This document shows, piece after piece, positions 49,670-63,959 of a stretch of 64,000 bases of DNA. The stretch's first letter is position 1, and each line of letters begins with the position of its first letter. Origin of the DNA: Lama glama (lineage: Eukaryota); assembly GCA_028534125.1 (NCBI GenBank), contig CM052816.1, positions 76,944,001 through 77,008,000 of the forward strand. Reading direction: 5' to 3'. The translations under genes were made by a program, and so were the position numbers. The notes beneath the pieces are model-generated. The model had not been told where the DNA came from. It saw nothing but the letters and a program-made list of their open reading frames with translations, and made no database searches.

Positions 49670-52600
49670 CCTTAGAAAATCATTCAGAAGAAAAAACAAC
49701 TTCAGATGGTTTGAATTTAATTCAGCTTCTTTGAATTATTCACTAAATATTTTATTTTAATTTTTTGTACAATGTTTTGTACAAGTTTAGTTTATAAAAT
49801 AGCCCAGTAAAAGTAACCAGACCCTTAAAAACAATTTAATAATTTTATAACAAAATAAAATTTTATTTTGTTATCTTCTGGAGAACAGAGTACTTTAAGG
49901 CAGATACCATTTGTGGATCCAAGAACAGGAAAATTGCTTTTATCTAGTGGTAAGAGCTCAGCTCAAAGGAAGAGCTGTGTCGCACGTTTCCTCCTTGGTT
50001 TAGCTAAAAGCAGTTGGAGTTAAAAGGAGAGCATGCTTGCTGAGTGAACAGTGGCCTCTGTCGGCTAGAGGAACTGTAATTTCATTAGTACTTTTAACAA
50101 CCCAAGCACGTATTTCTTTTTTTCCAGCAACAACTTGGCAACTGAGCTAGTAGAAATTAATGTTAATATTATAATTACTAGGTCACTGTGGGTTTTTTGT
50201 ATGCATTCAAAACAGTTTTTACATTTTCTTTGAAAGTATTAATCTTTTATATTTTAAAGGAAAAGCAGAAACTATGTTGCTTTAGGTTAACTTGCTTTAT
50301 GAATAAGGAATACACATGTTGCTTTTCCTTCTCTTTCACCTGTTTTATTCATTTAGGAGATTTTTTCTTTATTTGATTGTTTCTTTTTCAGTGTCTCTGA
50401 TTTCTTTTCCCCTCGTCTCTCTCTCCATTCCACAGTACTTCCTGATTTTTGTCTCATTTTCTATATAATTTTCCCACTAGTTAGCTGTTGCTACTCTATC
50501 TGATTTAAAATCTTCTTATTGCCTACCCGATTTAAGCCATTATTTTCTTTATATATCATTTCTTTATTCATGTAATAAGAGATTAATATATCACAGATTT
50601 TTTTTCTTTTTACAGTTGAAAGGGATTCATTTAAAGGAATCTCTTGCCCTCGATACAAAGCAAGATATTGGCAAAGCCGGAGTGAAAAACCTAGTTCTCC
50701 AACGTTCCAAACCTACACTGGCCCATGAATCCTTTTGATATTAAGCATAACCTGCTTATCTTGGCACTCAGAGCCCACTTCTGGGTCAACCAGTTATGTA
50801 TGACCTTGTGCCATTGTATGTATAGACAAGCTACCCTCTACTCCCCACCACTACTATGATCATTACTTCTGTCTTACTCTTTTTATTTCATTTCCACCTC
50901 TTTCTACATTATATCCATCTTGCAGTCTCAGCTCAGATTTCAAATATTCCCTTTGTAGAATTTACTGTTTCTCTAATTGCTTTATAGCAGTTCTACAAAT
51001 TTATTACCTACTCAATATCTTTAATTTGTTTTTATCATGTCAGAAAGATGATTAAACTTTTATTTCAGTGGAGACTAAATTCTACCACTTTTCCCTCATT
51101 GATTACTCATTGATTTATGAGAAAAGCCTCCTCTGATTTACCCAGAGTTTAAGAGTTTCTTTGCATTTATTTCCTGTTAAAATAAGAATGATTTCATTTA
51201 TAAAAACTTTAAATTATAGATATCCTTTTCATAGCACTACACTTGAGATACTAGAGTAGAATTTTATACTTGAAATTCTAGAAATGACTTAATTTACAAA
51301 TGAGGAAACTAAGGCAGAGAGAGGATTGATTTGGCCAGGATAATGATTTATTGATGACAGATTTGGCGCTGAAAGCCAATTGATCTAGCTTCTAGCCAGC
51401 TCTGTTTAGAATGGGTTATATACATCTTACTGTTTGGGGAGTTTTTCTTATAAGCTCCTTATAAACATAATAAATAGATCAATAAGTATTAAAATACAAA
51501 TTAATATCATAAGAAGTTAGAATTTTCTCACCCAGGAAGATCAGTTCCTTATACCTCTTTTCCCTTTCCTCTCCTCCTTTCTTCTCCAACAGTTTAATGG
51601 AAAATTCTGATTTAGAAACAAATGTAAAAGCTTTTGTAGATTCTGTAGTTATTGAATATCTATTTTTTGGTTGTGGAACAGTATTCTGTAATTTCAGTTG
51701 AACCTTGTAATATCACATAATGCTGCTTAAATGACAAACCATTTGCAAGTACTCTAGCCAATATAGATACTTTCTTTGAACTTCTGTAGGACTTAACTGG
51801 CCATTTTAATTTAGTATCACATCCTCTAATTGCGTCATAGTACAAGGCTTATTCTTCAACACGATTATAAACAGTAATATTCAGGACAGGTTAATTATCT
51901 TCAATATTTATCACCACCCAAACAGAAGAAAACATTTTACACTCCCATTCCAAAGACCTATTTTTTTGAAATACTTTATGTACCAAATACTTTATTAAAC
52001 AGTAGTTAATCACAGAATTTTTTTTCCTGTTTTTCAAACAGAAGATACATGTTATCTATTTTCCATATTCGAAATATGTTATTGCCAGTTGAACTTTAAA
52101 GTGAGATTCATTGAAAGTTTTATCACCAAGGACATGTTTCATCAGAATTTTTGAAATATTAAAAATAGCTGATGGATTATTAACTTTGTCTTTCAGTATA
52201 GCAACAGGTGATGATTAGAGATAGGGAGATTATTAGGCATCAGTTGCAGCAATCAGAGTAAGAAGGATTGAGGGCCCAAGTCAGAGTTCGATGGTGGAGA
52301 GAATAGGGTTAATGAGGTAAATTGGTAGGACTTGGTGTTTATGTAAGGGGACAGAGTTAGGAATGTAATAGTACAGTAGTATGTTGACAGTTGTTGTCAC
52401 CACTGATAGACTTTTAGCACCGAAAAGTTGTTTAAAATAGAGTTTCTTTTCTAGAGGAGCTTTTAATCTCAGAAACATTACATCTTATTGGTCAACTAAT
52501 TTGTAGTCTGGACTGTTCAGGGGAAAAAGCCAACTTTTTTTCCATGGTTATGATTATTAACATTTATTGCATCTGTTATTAGTTATATTAGTCCTTTGAC

Positions 52601-52745
52601 ATGTTCATATGAAGCAAAAGATTAAAATTGAGACCTGGATCTTATTAAAATTCTATGATCTTGAACACCTTAATCTAAGCAAAATAGGTTTTAAAAATGT
52701 ATTATGAAATAAGTAACTTCTTTTTCTGATTCCTCCCTGTTACAG

Positions 52746-52872
52746 ATGATTACTGTGAATGCCTCCTTGTTTCCTAGCTCTGTGGCCAACTCGTTAATAG
52801 CAGTTGGAAATGATGGACTCCAAGAAAGAGACAGAATGGTTCGAGCATGCATTGCCATTATCTGTGAACTAG
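52746..52872 (+). CDS. RICTOR: RICTOR exon 7 (MITVNASLFPSSVANSLIAVGNDGLQERDRMVRACIAIICEL-A)
   Basis: Acceptor cctccctgttacag|, 127 nt, donor AG|gtcaga. Confidence 0.97.
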
Positions 52873-53159
52873 GTCAGAATTTTCTTTAAGAAGTAAAAAT
52901 GTAATATTTTAGAAAAAATATTAAACATTTTTAATGTTTTTAATACATGAATTCTTTAGTTATTTATAAAAAGATATGAAAAAGTAGGACATTTCTGATA
53001 GGGAAATAGGGAACTTGCTATTTAAACAAATAATTTCAAAATGACATTAAAGTTCAATAAATTTTAAAGTTTTACTCATCATGAAATTTAATATATAAGA
53101 ATTGTCCAGATTCCAGTAATTAGAATAAAATCTCTTAACGTCTGGCTCTTAGACATTAG

Positions 53160-55640
53160 TCATCCACACTATGTCTTGATGTGAGTTAAAAACAATTCAC
53201 CTTACATTAAAAAAAAGAATTCTAAATGCAAAAGGAGTAAAGAGTTAAATGGGGAAAATATGGGGGGAAAATGGATGAATATTTATCTGATCATGGTAAG
53301 GAAAAGGAGTTTTGAAGTATCAAAAGAAAACAGATTTCAGCAGCTATAAATTTTGTTGTAAGGAGATAAGAAAATACGCAGTCCTGAAACAAAGAAAAAT
53401 TAATGTCATAAGCATGATAGTTTGTTTATATATAGATCAGTGAGGAAACAAAGTAATTATCAAAGAAATTCATGGCTAATCAAAAATTAAAAAATTTCAA
53501 CCTGACAACCAAAGAAATAAAATTTTAAATGGCAGTATTTTTTTCCCACCAAAAGTAGAAATGCTATAGGTTGCATTTGCTCTTAATATAATAAATAAAC
53601 AACAGAAACTTACACCAAAGAAACAAAAGAGCCAAGCCTTATCATTGAGAATTTAAAAATACTGTCCACAATACCTCCTGATTTAGAGACAAACTCAGAA
53701 TTTTAATTAAAGAAATTTTGAAGATAATAAAAATTTGACTACATGTCAGTATATGGGATGCCTGGAAAGCTGTATATTCAGAGTTAACCTCTCATGAGAT
53801 GCTTTTATAATTAAGCAAAAATTAATGAAAATGAGTGAACCCAAAAAATAGAAAAGGAAGAAAAAAAAATCAATTTTAGGGTAAACAGGAGGAAGGCAAC
53901 AATGATTTTGAGTCCTAATTAGAGAACAAGATAGATTATTTAATCTAATTTATATTAATTTGAAGGAAAAAATGATACACAGATACACATACACTTGTTT
54001 GAAAAATGCAAAAGTCAGAAAAATAAGGATAATATAGAAATGAGAATATAATAGGTGTTTTTTAAATTATAAGGTAGTTTTTTTTATACATTTGAAAATC
54101 TTATTGAAATGAATGGATTTTTGGAGAAAATTTTTATTTGCAGTTGACTCACAAGTAGGAAACGTGATAGATCAAAAACCATACAAGTACTTAATAAATT
54201 AACTAGTTGCAAAGAAGACTCAGTCAAGTAGTTTGTCTTAAATAAATTGTTTTAAGGGACAGATAATTCTTACATCGTGTAATCTAACTGAAAGCATTAA
54301 AAATACGGCAACTTATCAAGTTTTTAAATGAAAGTAGCATTTTATATACTTATACACATTGCTATACATATACACATGTATCTATACACATATGTAAAAT
54401 AAAATAGAATTCTACTTTATGAACATTCTAGAATATCTCAAATCAACACTATTATTCTTAATGGTAGATCTTAACATATACTACATCCTTTTAAAAACTC
54501 TTAATTAGCATTGTTTTAAAACTTTTAGCAGGTTAGTAAGACAAAATAATAGATGAAATTTACATGTTGGATAAAAGACATACTTTGTAGATGCTATATC
54601 TAGAAAACTGTGAAACCAACTGAAAAACAACTTAAGCAGTTCAATACAGTAGAAATGTGAAAATACAGATTTCATAGATTTATTGTATTTCAGCAATAGT
54701 CATTAAATATAATAGAAAAAAGTACTGTTTCCAAAGTAGAAAAGAAAGCTGTATACAACAAATAAACTTAGTAAGAAATGTGGATGACATGTGTGTGGAT
54801 TGGAGAGGTACTTTTCAATTTGTTTAACTGATTTTTCAAGAAGGCATAGCTAATCTGTATGGGTAGAAATGAGAATATTGGTTGCCTTTGTCATGGAGGA
54901 GGGAATGATAGAAAAGTGTTGTGAAAGAACTTTCTAGGATTTTGAAAATTCTGTACCTTGATTAAGGTATGTTACCAGGATGTAAACATTGTTCAGGACT
55001 TAACTGAGCTGTACATTCAGATATATGCATTTTACTGTATGTAATTTTACCTTAGTATAGAAAAAAAAAGAGGAAGAAAGCTAAATCTAAAAGTCAGCTA
55101 GAATAAGCAGGAGAAATGCAGCTATGAAAACATGTTTTGCAAAAGAATAAGTGGACGGGAAGGGAAAGATTTTTTTTTCTCACATTTTAAAAAACTATTA
55201 TACTAGGTTATTGAGAGGGGAAAAAATGAAGGAGAATCTAGAGTTGCGTATTTTGATATGTAGGAAACTTTAGTATATCAGAAGTATAACAATTAGTTTG
55301 GAAAGCATGCTGGGATAATTGATTAGACATTTGAAACAAAATTGAGTATATCAGTATTAAGCCAAACTCAATTTCCTGACAGATTGAAAACTGAAATGTT
55401 AATCCTGAACTCATTTAAAACACACATATGCATGTGCATGCATACAAACAAAATACCTGCTCTTTGAAGTAAGGGAGGAGTTTCTGAGCTTAAAATCTGA
55501 AGTTAAATTATAAATTAGGTAAAAGATTTGAAACAGATAAAGGGATAATATTTCCACTATTTAAAAAACTCCTTAAAATTGATAGGAAAGAAGAACCCTT
55601 CAGTAAAACATGGACAAAGGATATGAAACAAACAATTTAG
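53160..55640 (+). mobile_element. Old L1ME-type fragments (sense, A-rich)
   Basis: A-rich ORF2-like segments; 3' end gaatattggttgccttt...gaactttctaggattttgaaaattctgtaccttg...tgcattttactgtatgtaattttacct (about 54870-55070). Confidence 0.6.
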
Positions 55641-55853
55641 AGACTTTTTAAAAAAAAAAAACAACAAGGTTTTGGGAAGTATATTCAGTGATTCTTATTA
55701 GACACATTTTATCCACATGCCCTTTTAAATGTCATTGAGTAGAAAGTTTTCAAGTCAGAAAGGAAATTACGTTTTAAAATAAAATCCAGCATTTCTGATT
55801 ATTTATTAAATAATCCCCTATTTAATATATTAAGTTTTTCTTTTCTATTTTAG

Positions 55854-56023
55854 CACTTCAGAATCCAGAGGTGGTGGCCCTTCGAGGTGGACTAAACACC
55901 ATCTTGAAAAATGTGATCGATTGCCAATTAAGTCGAATAAATGAGGCCCTCATTACTACAATTTTGCACCTCCTTAATCATCCAAAGACCCGACAGTATG
56001 TACGAGCCGATGTAGAGTTAGAG
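55854..56023 (+). CDS. RICTOR: RICTOR exon 8 (ALQNPEVVALRGGLNTILKNVIDCQLSRINEALITTILHLLNHPKTRQYVRADVELE)
   Basis: Acceptor ttttctattttag|, 170 nt, donor GAG|gtagga. Confidence 0.98.
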
Positions 56024-57204
56024 GTAGGAACTCTACTGTTCTTTTCTAGTTTTAAAATATGACTTTAAAAACATACTCTTACTTTGAAATTTTAAAGTTA
56101 GTAGATGCAGCACAGCATTAATTATTAAACCTAAATTAACTAATAAGATGGGCTTATTTTCAACAATATTGTATAGCTCATTCAGTTTGGGCTAATAGAA
56201 AAAAATTCTGAGGAATACTTCATCAACTTTTAAAGTGAAGTTTTTTTTTTATTATCTGTGAAAATTTGACTTAAGCACAAGTAAAATTTCATAGACATTT
56301 ACCTGTTTAAGAAGACTGTTTCTTTTTAAGACTTTAATATGCTAATTATGTATGAATAGCTCCTGCTAACTATATACAATTTATTTATTAAACAATTGTA
56401 AAATTCTCTGAACTTGGAAGCACTTGTTGGCAACCAATGACCATATATACTTGAAAGAAATAGGAAACGTATCTTTCTTTCTAAAATACTCTACAATTTA
56501 AATTTTTTACTAATTCAATGTTATTTTAGCAGTTTAAAATAATAAGGCTGCCATATACTCTTTTCTATGATAAAGTATATGGTAGAGGTTGGAACAGAAT
56601 TATCACAAACTAATAGTCTGTGTGAATATATTACATTGTTGTCCATCGCAGATACCATTTAGAGTAAGTTTAAACCAAGACCTTGTTTGTATTTAGATAT
56701 GAAATTATGCAAATTATAAAAGATTTGTTGTTCCCTGCTTTGTTTAAATCGTTCTATGAAACTTATCTTAAATGTTATAGTTCTTGTTTTAGTAGGGCTA
56801 TTAGAAATATTTAAGATTATAAAATTGACATCATCCTATATCTTAATGAGCAAATATAAGTACAATATTCTCCCTAATAAATGATTTTAAATACATTGTT
56901 CATAGGAGTCCAGTGGGAATAAACTGGCATTTTGATATTTTACAGTGTCTTTAGCTTTAAGTTTTTTCTTTATCAAATGGAAAAACTCTGATTTTAAGAT
57001 CGAAGAGATAATTACAACAAAGGAAGATTGTATGTAAAGGCCTGTTTTTTATTCCTGTATAATTGTACAACAAATTAGCATAGCTTTTGTTAAATGAAAA
57101 GAGCCTTGAAGAATATGGTAGACGTTTAAGTACACTAAATATCTTTGCTTTTATCTTGTTCTTTAAAGCCACAAATGTTAGTTCTTTTTTTCCTTTACAA
57201 GCTC

Positions 57205-57560
57205 TCCCGAGAATAGCAGAGTGATTGAGAGACTAGACTTCATGCTATAGAGATCTGGTTTTGATGTTTTGCTCTACAGCCTACTAGCTTTATGATTTGG
57301 GGCAATGATTATGGTTATTAGCCTCTCTTGGACCTGTTTTTTCCTAGGTAAAATGAAGGCCATGGTTTTTACCTTAAAGAATTATCGTTAAGAATAAATA
57401 CTATAATAATAATGGTAGTAGTAGTAATAGAAGCAGCTAACACTCATGTAAAGCTTACAATGAGTTAGGCAATATTTCCAGGCACTTTACATATATTAAC
57501 TCTAATCTACATAAATGTTTTACTTAGTACCTGGTACATAATAAATATTCAGGGAATACT
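57205..57560 (+). mobile_element. MIR SINE (with an inserted antisense MIR piece)
   Basis: aatagcagagtgattgagagactagac...cctactagctttatgatttggggcaa...cttagtacctggtacataataaatattca. Confidence 0.55.
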
Positions 57561-57929
57561 GGTTGCCTTGGATTGATCATTATCATCATCTTTTGCTTTA
57601 TCATTATCCTCTTCATCCTACAGTCTACTGTGACAGCAGAATATTATCCTAGTTTTTATTAATTGTATTTTATCAGTTTTCATTCTAAGTTGATAACTTT
57701 GAGTTTCTTTTCCACATACAAAGGAACTGTTTTCAGTGCTACCATCTCTGTTGTTCGCTTTAAATCTTTCTTCTGTAAAAAAAAAATCTCTTTTTAAATT
57801 TACCTTGGCTTCTATTTCTACTATGTGTAATATGTTTTGGCCTTACACAGAAAAATGTAGATTTAATGTAATAATGTTATTAGAATAGGTAGTCTGTAAG
57901 GATTATAGAATTGTAATGTTTTATAGTAA

Positions 57930-60620
57930 ATTAAAAAGCAACATTTTTTAAACTTACACTTCAGAGTAGGATAGGGTAGTTTATAGCATCTGCTGTGGAA
58001 AGGTGGAAAAGTTGAATAATTATAGATATATATTTAAAGCGATATAAAGCTGGGAAAATGATAAGGACCAGAGGGAATAAAATTCTGGGGAGAGAAGATT
58101 CATTGAGAGTTGTCCTGAAGACATATAGGTGCCCTTAGGGGCACTTGCAAATTTGGGCCACAGACTAGAGATTAAGAACATGATCTCGGCCTAGGTAGAA
58201 GACCAGAGTATTTGGCAGGCAAATGTATATGGAGTGACAAGCCTAGAGACATGAAAAGTTCCCAGATTGTCTGATTTACTCCTCTAGAAGTTTGCTGAAA
58301 TAAAAATCTATGGAGAACAGAGGCTATAATGTTAAAGCACAGTGCAATATGCTATGGTCTCCAGTGCACAAGACAAGTTCGTCCCAGGAGGAGGGGCCGT
58401 GGGCAAAAGCTGAAAGGCCTCTAAGAAGTAGTGAACTTACGCTAGTTACATGCGGTTGCCTTTTTTCCCTGGGGCCACTTCCTGATCAGGATATACTTAG
58501 AAACTGAAACTCCAGGTAGGCTTTTTCTGAGATCTGAAAAACCAGAACAGCTTTTAATGGTTGTGTGGTACTCAAATGACAAACTAGATATTTCATAGCT
58601 GATTTCCTGATCTTGACTATTTCCCAAATTCTGAGGCTATTCTAGATGGGTGGCTAAAGATTAAGTTCAAAACTTAACAAAATATGTAGAAAGAATTCCC
58701 AGTCTCTCACTACTAAGGAAAAAAAAAGCTTGCTAAGATCTCTATTGAAAGTATTGGAGGCCCATACTTTAGGAACACAGGAAAACCAAAGGTATAATCA
58801 AATCTTATCAAAAATGGAGTGTAGTCTCAAATGAACTCAGTTGGTTATTACGATAAACTGATCAGCCTCTTTAATCTACCTGACTAACAGAGGAAAGGAT
58901 AAACAATCTCGGATAGAGATAACATCACTTGGAACCTTTCATAAAATTCATATTGTCTGACATTCAATCAGAAATTTGATTGAATGTCATATAAAAAGAA
59001 ATGACTATGTAACTGAAAACTGAGAAGTTTCATAGAAACATATCAACAGGTGATCCAGATATTGTAGCTAGAGGGGAAAGACTTTAAAACAAACATGATT
59101 AATTTGTTAAGAAAATGGAGAAAAAGGAGAAAATAGATGAAATAATGGAGAATTTCACCATATGATTGGAATATGCAAAATGAATCAAATGGAACTAGTA
59201 TTGAAAAATATAATACCTGAAATTCTGAATGAAATTAAAAATTCATTTTAGACAAGAAGATATTATTAGTAAACTGGAATAAAAGTCAATGAAAATATCA
59301 AGTAAAACATGAGGAGGGGGTAAATAAAAAGGAAATGAACACAGCAGAACAAAAGTAATAAAAAGTAATTATCTTCGGAAAAGAGAGAAAATGAACAGAA
59401 GCAAATATCCAAAGAAACAATAGTCAAAATTTTGTTTCTAAAACTGATGAGAATTCATATTCATAAAGCTCAGAAAACTCTTAAGATAATACAAACAAAA
59501 CAACATGTAGGCACATTATGGTAATATTGTTGAAAACCAAGACAAGGAAAAATCTTAAAATCATCTTGAGAAAAAAAAGACATTACTTCAAAGGAACAAG
59601 TCTGACAGCTGATTTTCCATCAGAAATAATGGAACCAGAAGGCAGTAGAATGAGTAGAATGACATCTTTAGAGTACTGAAAGAAAGTATTACCAACCTTC
59701 CCCAGAGAAAATGTCTTTCAAAAATAAAGGTAAAAATATTTTTAGACTAAAGAAAAAAGACCCAAGGGAATTTAAAGAAACACTATTCTTTCTTGAATTG
59801 CTTGCCTTTATGTCATGAAGACACTAAAGCAGCCCATGGGGAAGAACTGAGCCCTTTTTTGCAACAATTAACACATTGTAAGTAAGCCATTTTGAACTAG
59901 ATCCTCCAGCTTCAGTCAGAGATGACTGCAGCCCTGACCAATATTTTGACCCTGAGCCTGCACAGCTAAGCTCTTCTAGATTCCTGACTCGTAGAAACCA
60001 TGTGAGATAATACATATTTATTGTTGTTTAAAAAATGAGACAGACAAAAAGAAACTTTAAAGGTAGTCCTTGGTCAGAAGGAAAATGAGCTGAGAAAACA
60101 AGGTAATGTAAGAAGGAAGAATGGCAGAAAAGGTACACATGTAACTAAATATAAAAGAATAGTCTTTGTCAAAAGCAATATTTGTAGTATCTTATATATT
60201 TTAAATTATATTTAAAATTAAAGTTCAGATCACAATAAAGCAATAGGCAAGGCAGAGGGATTGGTAAATGAGATAGTGGTTAGTTAAAGTTATAAAATGA
60301 GTGAGCATAACAAGGTTGCTAAATACAAGGACAGTACACAAAAATAATTTGGATTTCTTTATACTAGCATTAAAAAGGAGGGTGTAATTTATAAAATAAA
60401 ACCATTTAAATAATGTTTCTGAACTAAGGCAAAACTAAGTCATAGTGTTAGAAGTCAGGATAGTAATCCTGGGGTAGATAGGACTGAGTACAACGGAGGA
60501 ATGAGGAGGCTCTGAGGATGCTAGTTACAGGAGTGTTCTTAGTGTGAGAAAATCCATCAAATCTCATATTCATGATTGGTGCACTGTTGATACATTATAC
60601 TTCAATTTAAAAGTTCAAAA
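57930..60620 (+). mobile_element. Old L1 5'UTR/ORF1 segment followed by L1ME 3' end
   Basis: gatccagatattgtagcta...gacattacttcaaaggaacaag...gctgattttccatcagaaataatggaaccagaaggcagtagaatga; 3' end agtgttagaagtcaggatagt...cattatacttcaat. Confidence 0.7.
59790..60030 (+). mobile_element. MLT1F-like (ERVL-MaLR) LTR fragment nested in L1
   Basis: aagcagcccatggggaagaactgag...gatcctccagc...gatgactgcagccctgacc...gattcctgactcgtagaaaccatgtgagataata. Confidence 0.7.
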
Positions 60621-60802
60621 ATTCAATTTCTACATTTAAAATTCGCTCAAATATATTCCTTGATGATGAATTTGAAGAAATAAGTCTCTCAAGCAGTATA
60701 CCCAATTAGAGATATAGAGAAGTGGAATTTTAGCTTGTTATAAGAAAAATACATTTTACACTAAGGACTCTCTTTTTTTCTTTCCTTTTTTTTTTAAATC
60801 AG

Positions 60803-60870
60803 CGAATTTTAGCACCCTATACTGATTTTCACTACAGACATAGTCCAGATACCGCTGAAGGACAGCTCAA
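60803..60870 (+). CDS. RICTOR: RICTOR exon 9 (RILAPYTDFHYRHSPDTAEGQL-K)
   Basis: Long poly-T acceptor ...tttttaaatcag|, 68 nt, donor CAA|gtaagt. Confidence 0.97.
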
Positions 60871-61770
60871 GTAAGTACCATGTGTGTTGCTATTAAAGCT
60901 TTTAGATTTGCCTGATTGTATATAGAGCCAGAGCAAAGTGAGTTTAAGTAAATTTCCTGTTTCATGGAATTACATTGTATATCTCTCATAATATAATTAA
61001 CTGTGGCTTAAAAAATTAAAAGTAAGCTTTGGAAAATATGAAGACTTGGAATTAGTTTCTTATTTAAAAAAATGTAAGATAGGCTGCAGTAGAAACCCAG
61101 ATCTTTAATTGTTTTTCAACTGTCTCTATCTTTAGCACTATTACATTGAGAGACTAAGAGAATGAAATAACAGTGTGTAGAATGAAGAATTGCCTTAACA
61201 AATTGAGTAAGCAGGAAGATACACTGTGTAGAATTTTGAGAGTAAGACTGATAGGGAAATAAAAGGAAATAAAGATTATTTTCTAGAAATGAGATGATAA
61301 TTTTCAGAGTATTTTTGGAGCGAAAAGCACATGTTCATTAGGTATTCTGGGATAACAAATTAAGTTGATTTAGGGACCAAATAATGTACTAGCTGTGAAG
61401 ATTTTGCCAGTGACACAGTTCCAATAAATAAGCTATCAGATGTTTTTCTAGTAAGACCTGTTGGAATGCAGACATATGTTGATAGATAGTATGCTTTTAA
61501 AATTCCTCACTAAATTTGGGGACATTGTGAAACAGGGATTTATTCATTTTTCTCCTGAATTAAAAATAGTGGTTTCATATCTTTAATCACCTCCATCACT
61601 GTGGGCTCACTGCACCCTAATATATCTGGACCTGAGCTGAGAAATCAGAATAGACGTCCTCTGTTTAAGATTCCTCAGGCCTTATTCTTGCTAAATTATG
61701 AATTAGGATTCTTAAGCTCCTTTCTTGGCTTCTTCTTATGACTCTTGGACATTCTCTTTATTGATGGAGA

Positions 61771-62305
61771 GTGTATGTATTTTCTATTGGTGCATGACAA
61801 ATTACTGCAAATGCAGCAGCTTAAAATAACATCAGTTTATTAGTGCACAGTTCAGTAGGTCAGAAGTCTGGCATGGTTCTTATCTGGAGGTTCTGATGAA
61901 GAATCCATTTATTTCTAAGCCCACTCAGGTTCTTGGCAGAATTCACTTCTTGCCCTTATATAACTGAGGTTCTTGTTTTCTTGCTTACTGTTAGCTGGGC
62001 CCTACTCAGCTTCTAGAGGCCACCCTCTTTCCTTGGCATGTGGCACCTTTCATCTTCAAACACAGCAAGAATTCCTTGAATCTTTGTGCTCTGAATCACT
62101 CTGATTTTCTCTTCTGCCACTAGCTAGAGAAAACTCTTCAGTCAGATCAAGTCTACCAGATGATCTCCCCATCTTAAGGGCTGCTGGGCTATATAACATA
62201 AACATAATCACAGTCATGACAGTGATGTCTTATTCACAGGATCCAGGAATTAAGGTCTGGAATTTTAAGGGAATAGGGGCATTTTTAGTATTCTGCTCAC
62301 CAGCA
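61771..62305 (-). mobile_element. MLT1E-like (ERVL-MaLR) solo LTR
   Basis: ttttctattggtgcatgacaaattac...cacagttcagtaggtcagaagtctggc...ttggcagaattcacttcttg...cttctagaggccacc...ggggcatttttagtattctgc. Confidence 0.8.
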
Positions 62306-63544
62306 TAAGCAAGAGTTGAACCTGGATATTTTTTAGAGTTGAGGGGAGAAAGTATATTCCACCAAAATCCTTGTTGTTTGATTCTATACTTTGCTTTCCT
62401 TAAATTTCTGAAGTATGGTCAGTTTCTGGAGCCTGGGTACACTGTGGCCGAGGGATAAGTTTTAAAATACTGCAGATTTATCAGATAGGCTAGAGGATGG
62501 ATTACCAAACAATCACTATAAGTATGTCAGTAACATTTTTAAGAGAAAAAACACCAAAAGCTTAACCACACAGTGGTCTGATTCTTGTTCCTTCCACCAC
62601 CCCACTGCCCCATTTTAGTTTCTGTTATGTTCTCGTACTGATCAGTGCTACACATGAGAGCTTTGTGTGGTTAGTTTGTGTGTGTGCTTTTAAGTGTTTC
62701 GTTCCTCTTTTTTAAACTAATGATTGCTCACTACTCTTTAATTTGATTTTCTGTCATTGTTCTTTATCCCTTCTGACTTTTCTTTCCCAGTTCTCTGGAT
62801 TTCTGTATTCTCAACAGCTGTTAAGAACTTTATTAGGGAAGTAAAAAAAAGTTGGCACAGAGAAAAATGGACTGTTGACAGGGTAGAATTGGTTGAGGTG
62901 GCATAAACAAAGAGTTTGCTGTAAATAGATTGCTATTGAGTATTGGAACTGACCATAGAGCACACATGGAAGTGATTAACAATATAAATAGTTCTATTGG
63001 GTAATTAATTGTCATAAACTATTGCATAGAAAGGAACAAGTGAGATGATTGGATACCAATTTTAAAAGAAGAAAGTAGTTAGTAGTAGGCTCCAGGTCAC
63101 GGAACTGCAGCTGTACAATAGTAAGAAAGTAAATTCTGCCAACAACCTCAATAAGCTTAGATATGGATTAATAATAATATCTAGTTAGTGAATAACAACC
63201 TAGTGAATATATGGGTTGTTGAGCTTGCTTGCTAGAAATGGTCAAATAAGCTTGGGGCAAGACTTTTGAAGTATAGAGAATATATGTGGTAGAAGTAAGA
63301 GGTTTGTGTGGTAATTTTCTCTGCTAAGGGGCAGCACTTTGACAGATGCTTGTTAAGTAGGCTGGTGTTGTCTCTCATACTCAATTAAAGGTGTTACTGA
63401 ACTATCTCAGTTTCAGAAAGAGCAGGAAAAGTAGAACTGAATAGAAAAGCAAAATTTATAATTTTTTTAAACCATGTTGTGAATTTTAAATGGTGGAGGG
63501 GTGACCAGTGCATAATTGGATAATTTACTTTGAAGTACATGTGA

Positions 63545-63825
63545 TTTTTTTTTTAACACCTTTGTTGTGGTATGGTTGCTGTACAATAAACTACACATAT
63601 TTCAAATATACAATTTGATGAGTTTTGATAGATGAATACACCAATAAAACCACTATCACAATCAAGATAGCTAACATTTCCATCACTGCCCAGGAGGTGC
63701 AGTTTTTGAACTCCCAGTTTATCCTTTTCCACCCCCTTTACCCCCTGGTAACTATAAGTTTGTCTGTCTGTTTCTGTTTTGTAGATAAGTTCATTTGGGT
63801 CCTGATTTTTTTTTTTAACATATTG
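63545..63825 (-). mobile_element. Two fused L1 3'-end fragments (older L1M plus younger cetartiodactyl L1)
   Basis: tacaataaactacacatatttc...accactatcacaatcaagatag, then aactcccagtttatcc...cctggtaactataagtttg...tctgttttgtagataagttcatttg. Confidence 0.65.
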
Positions 63826-63959
63826 TTCAATTTCCTATGTAAATATTTAAATGTTAAGTAATGATAGCTCTTATTCTGATACAGTAGCAGGAAAAGCTCA
63901 CTTTTTATTTTAAAGTAAATTTCTTTAACATGCCCCTCTCCCTCTTTCCCCTCCAATAG

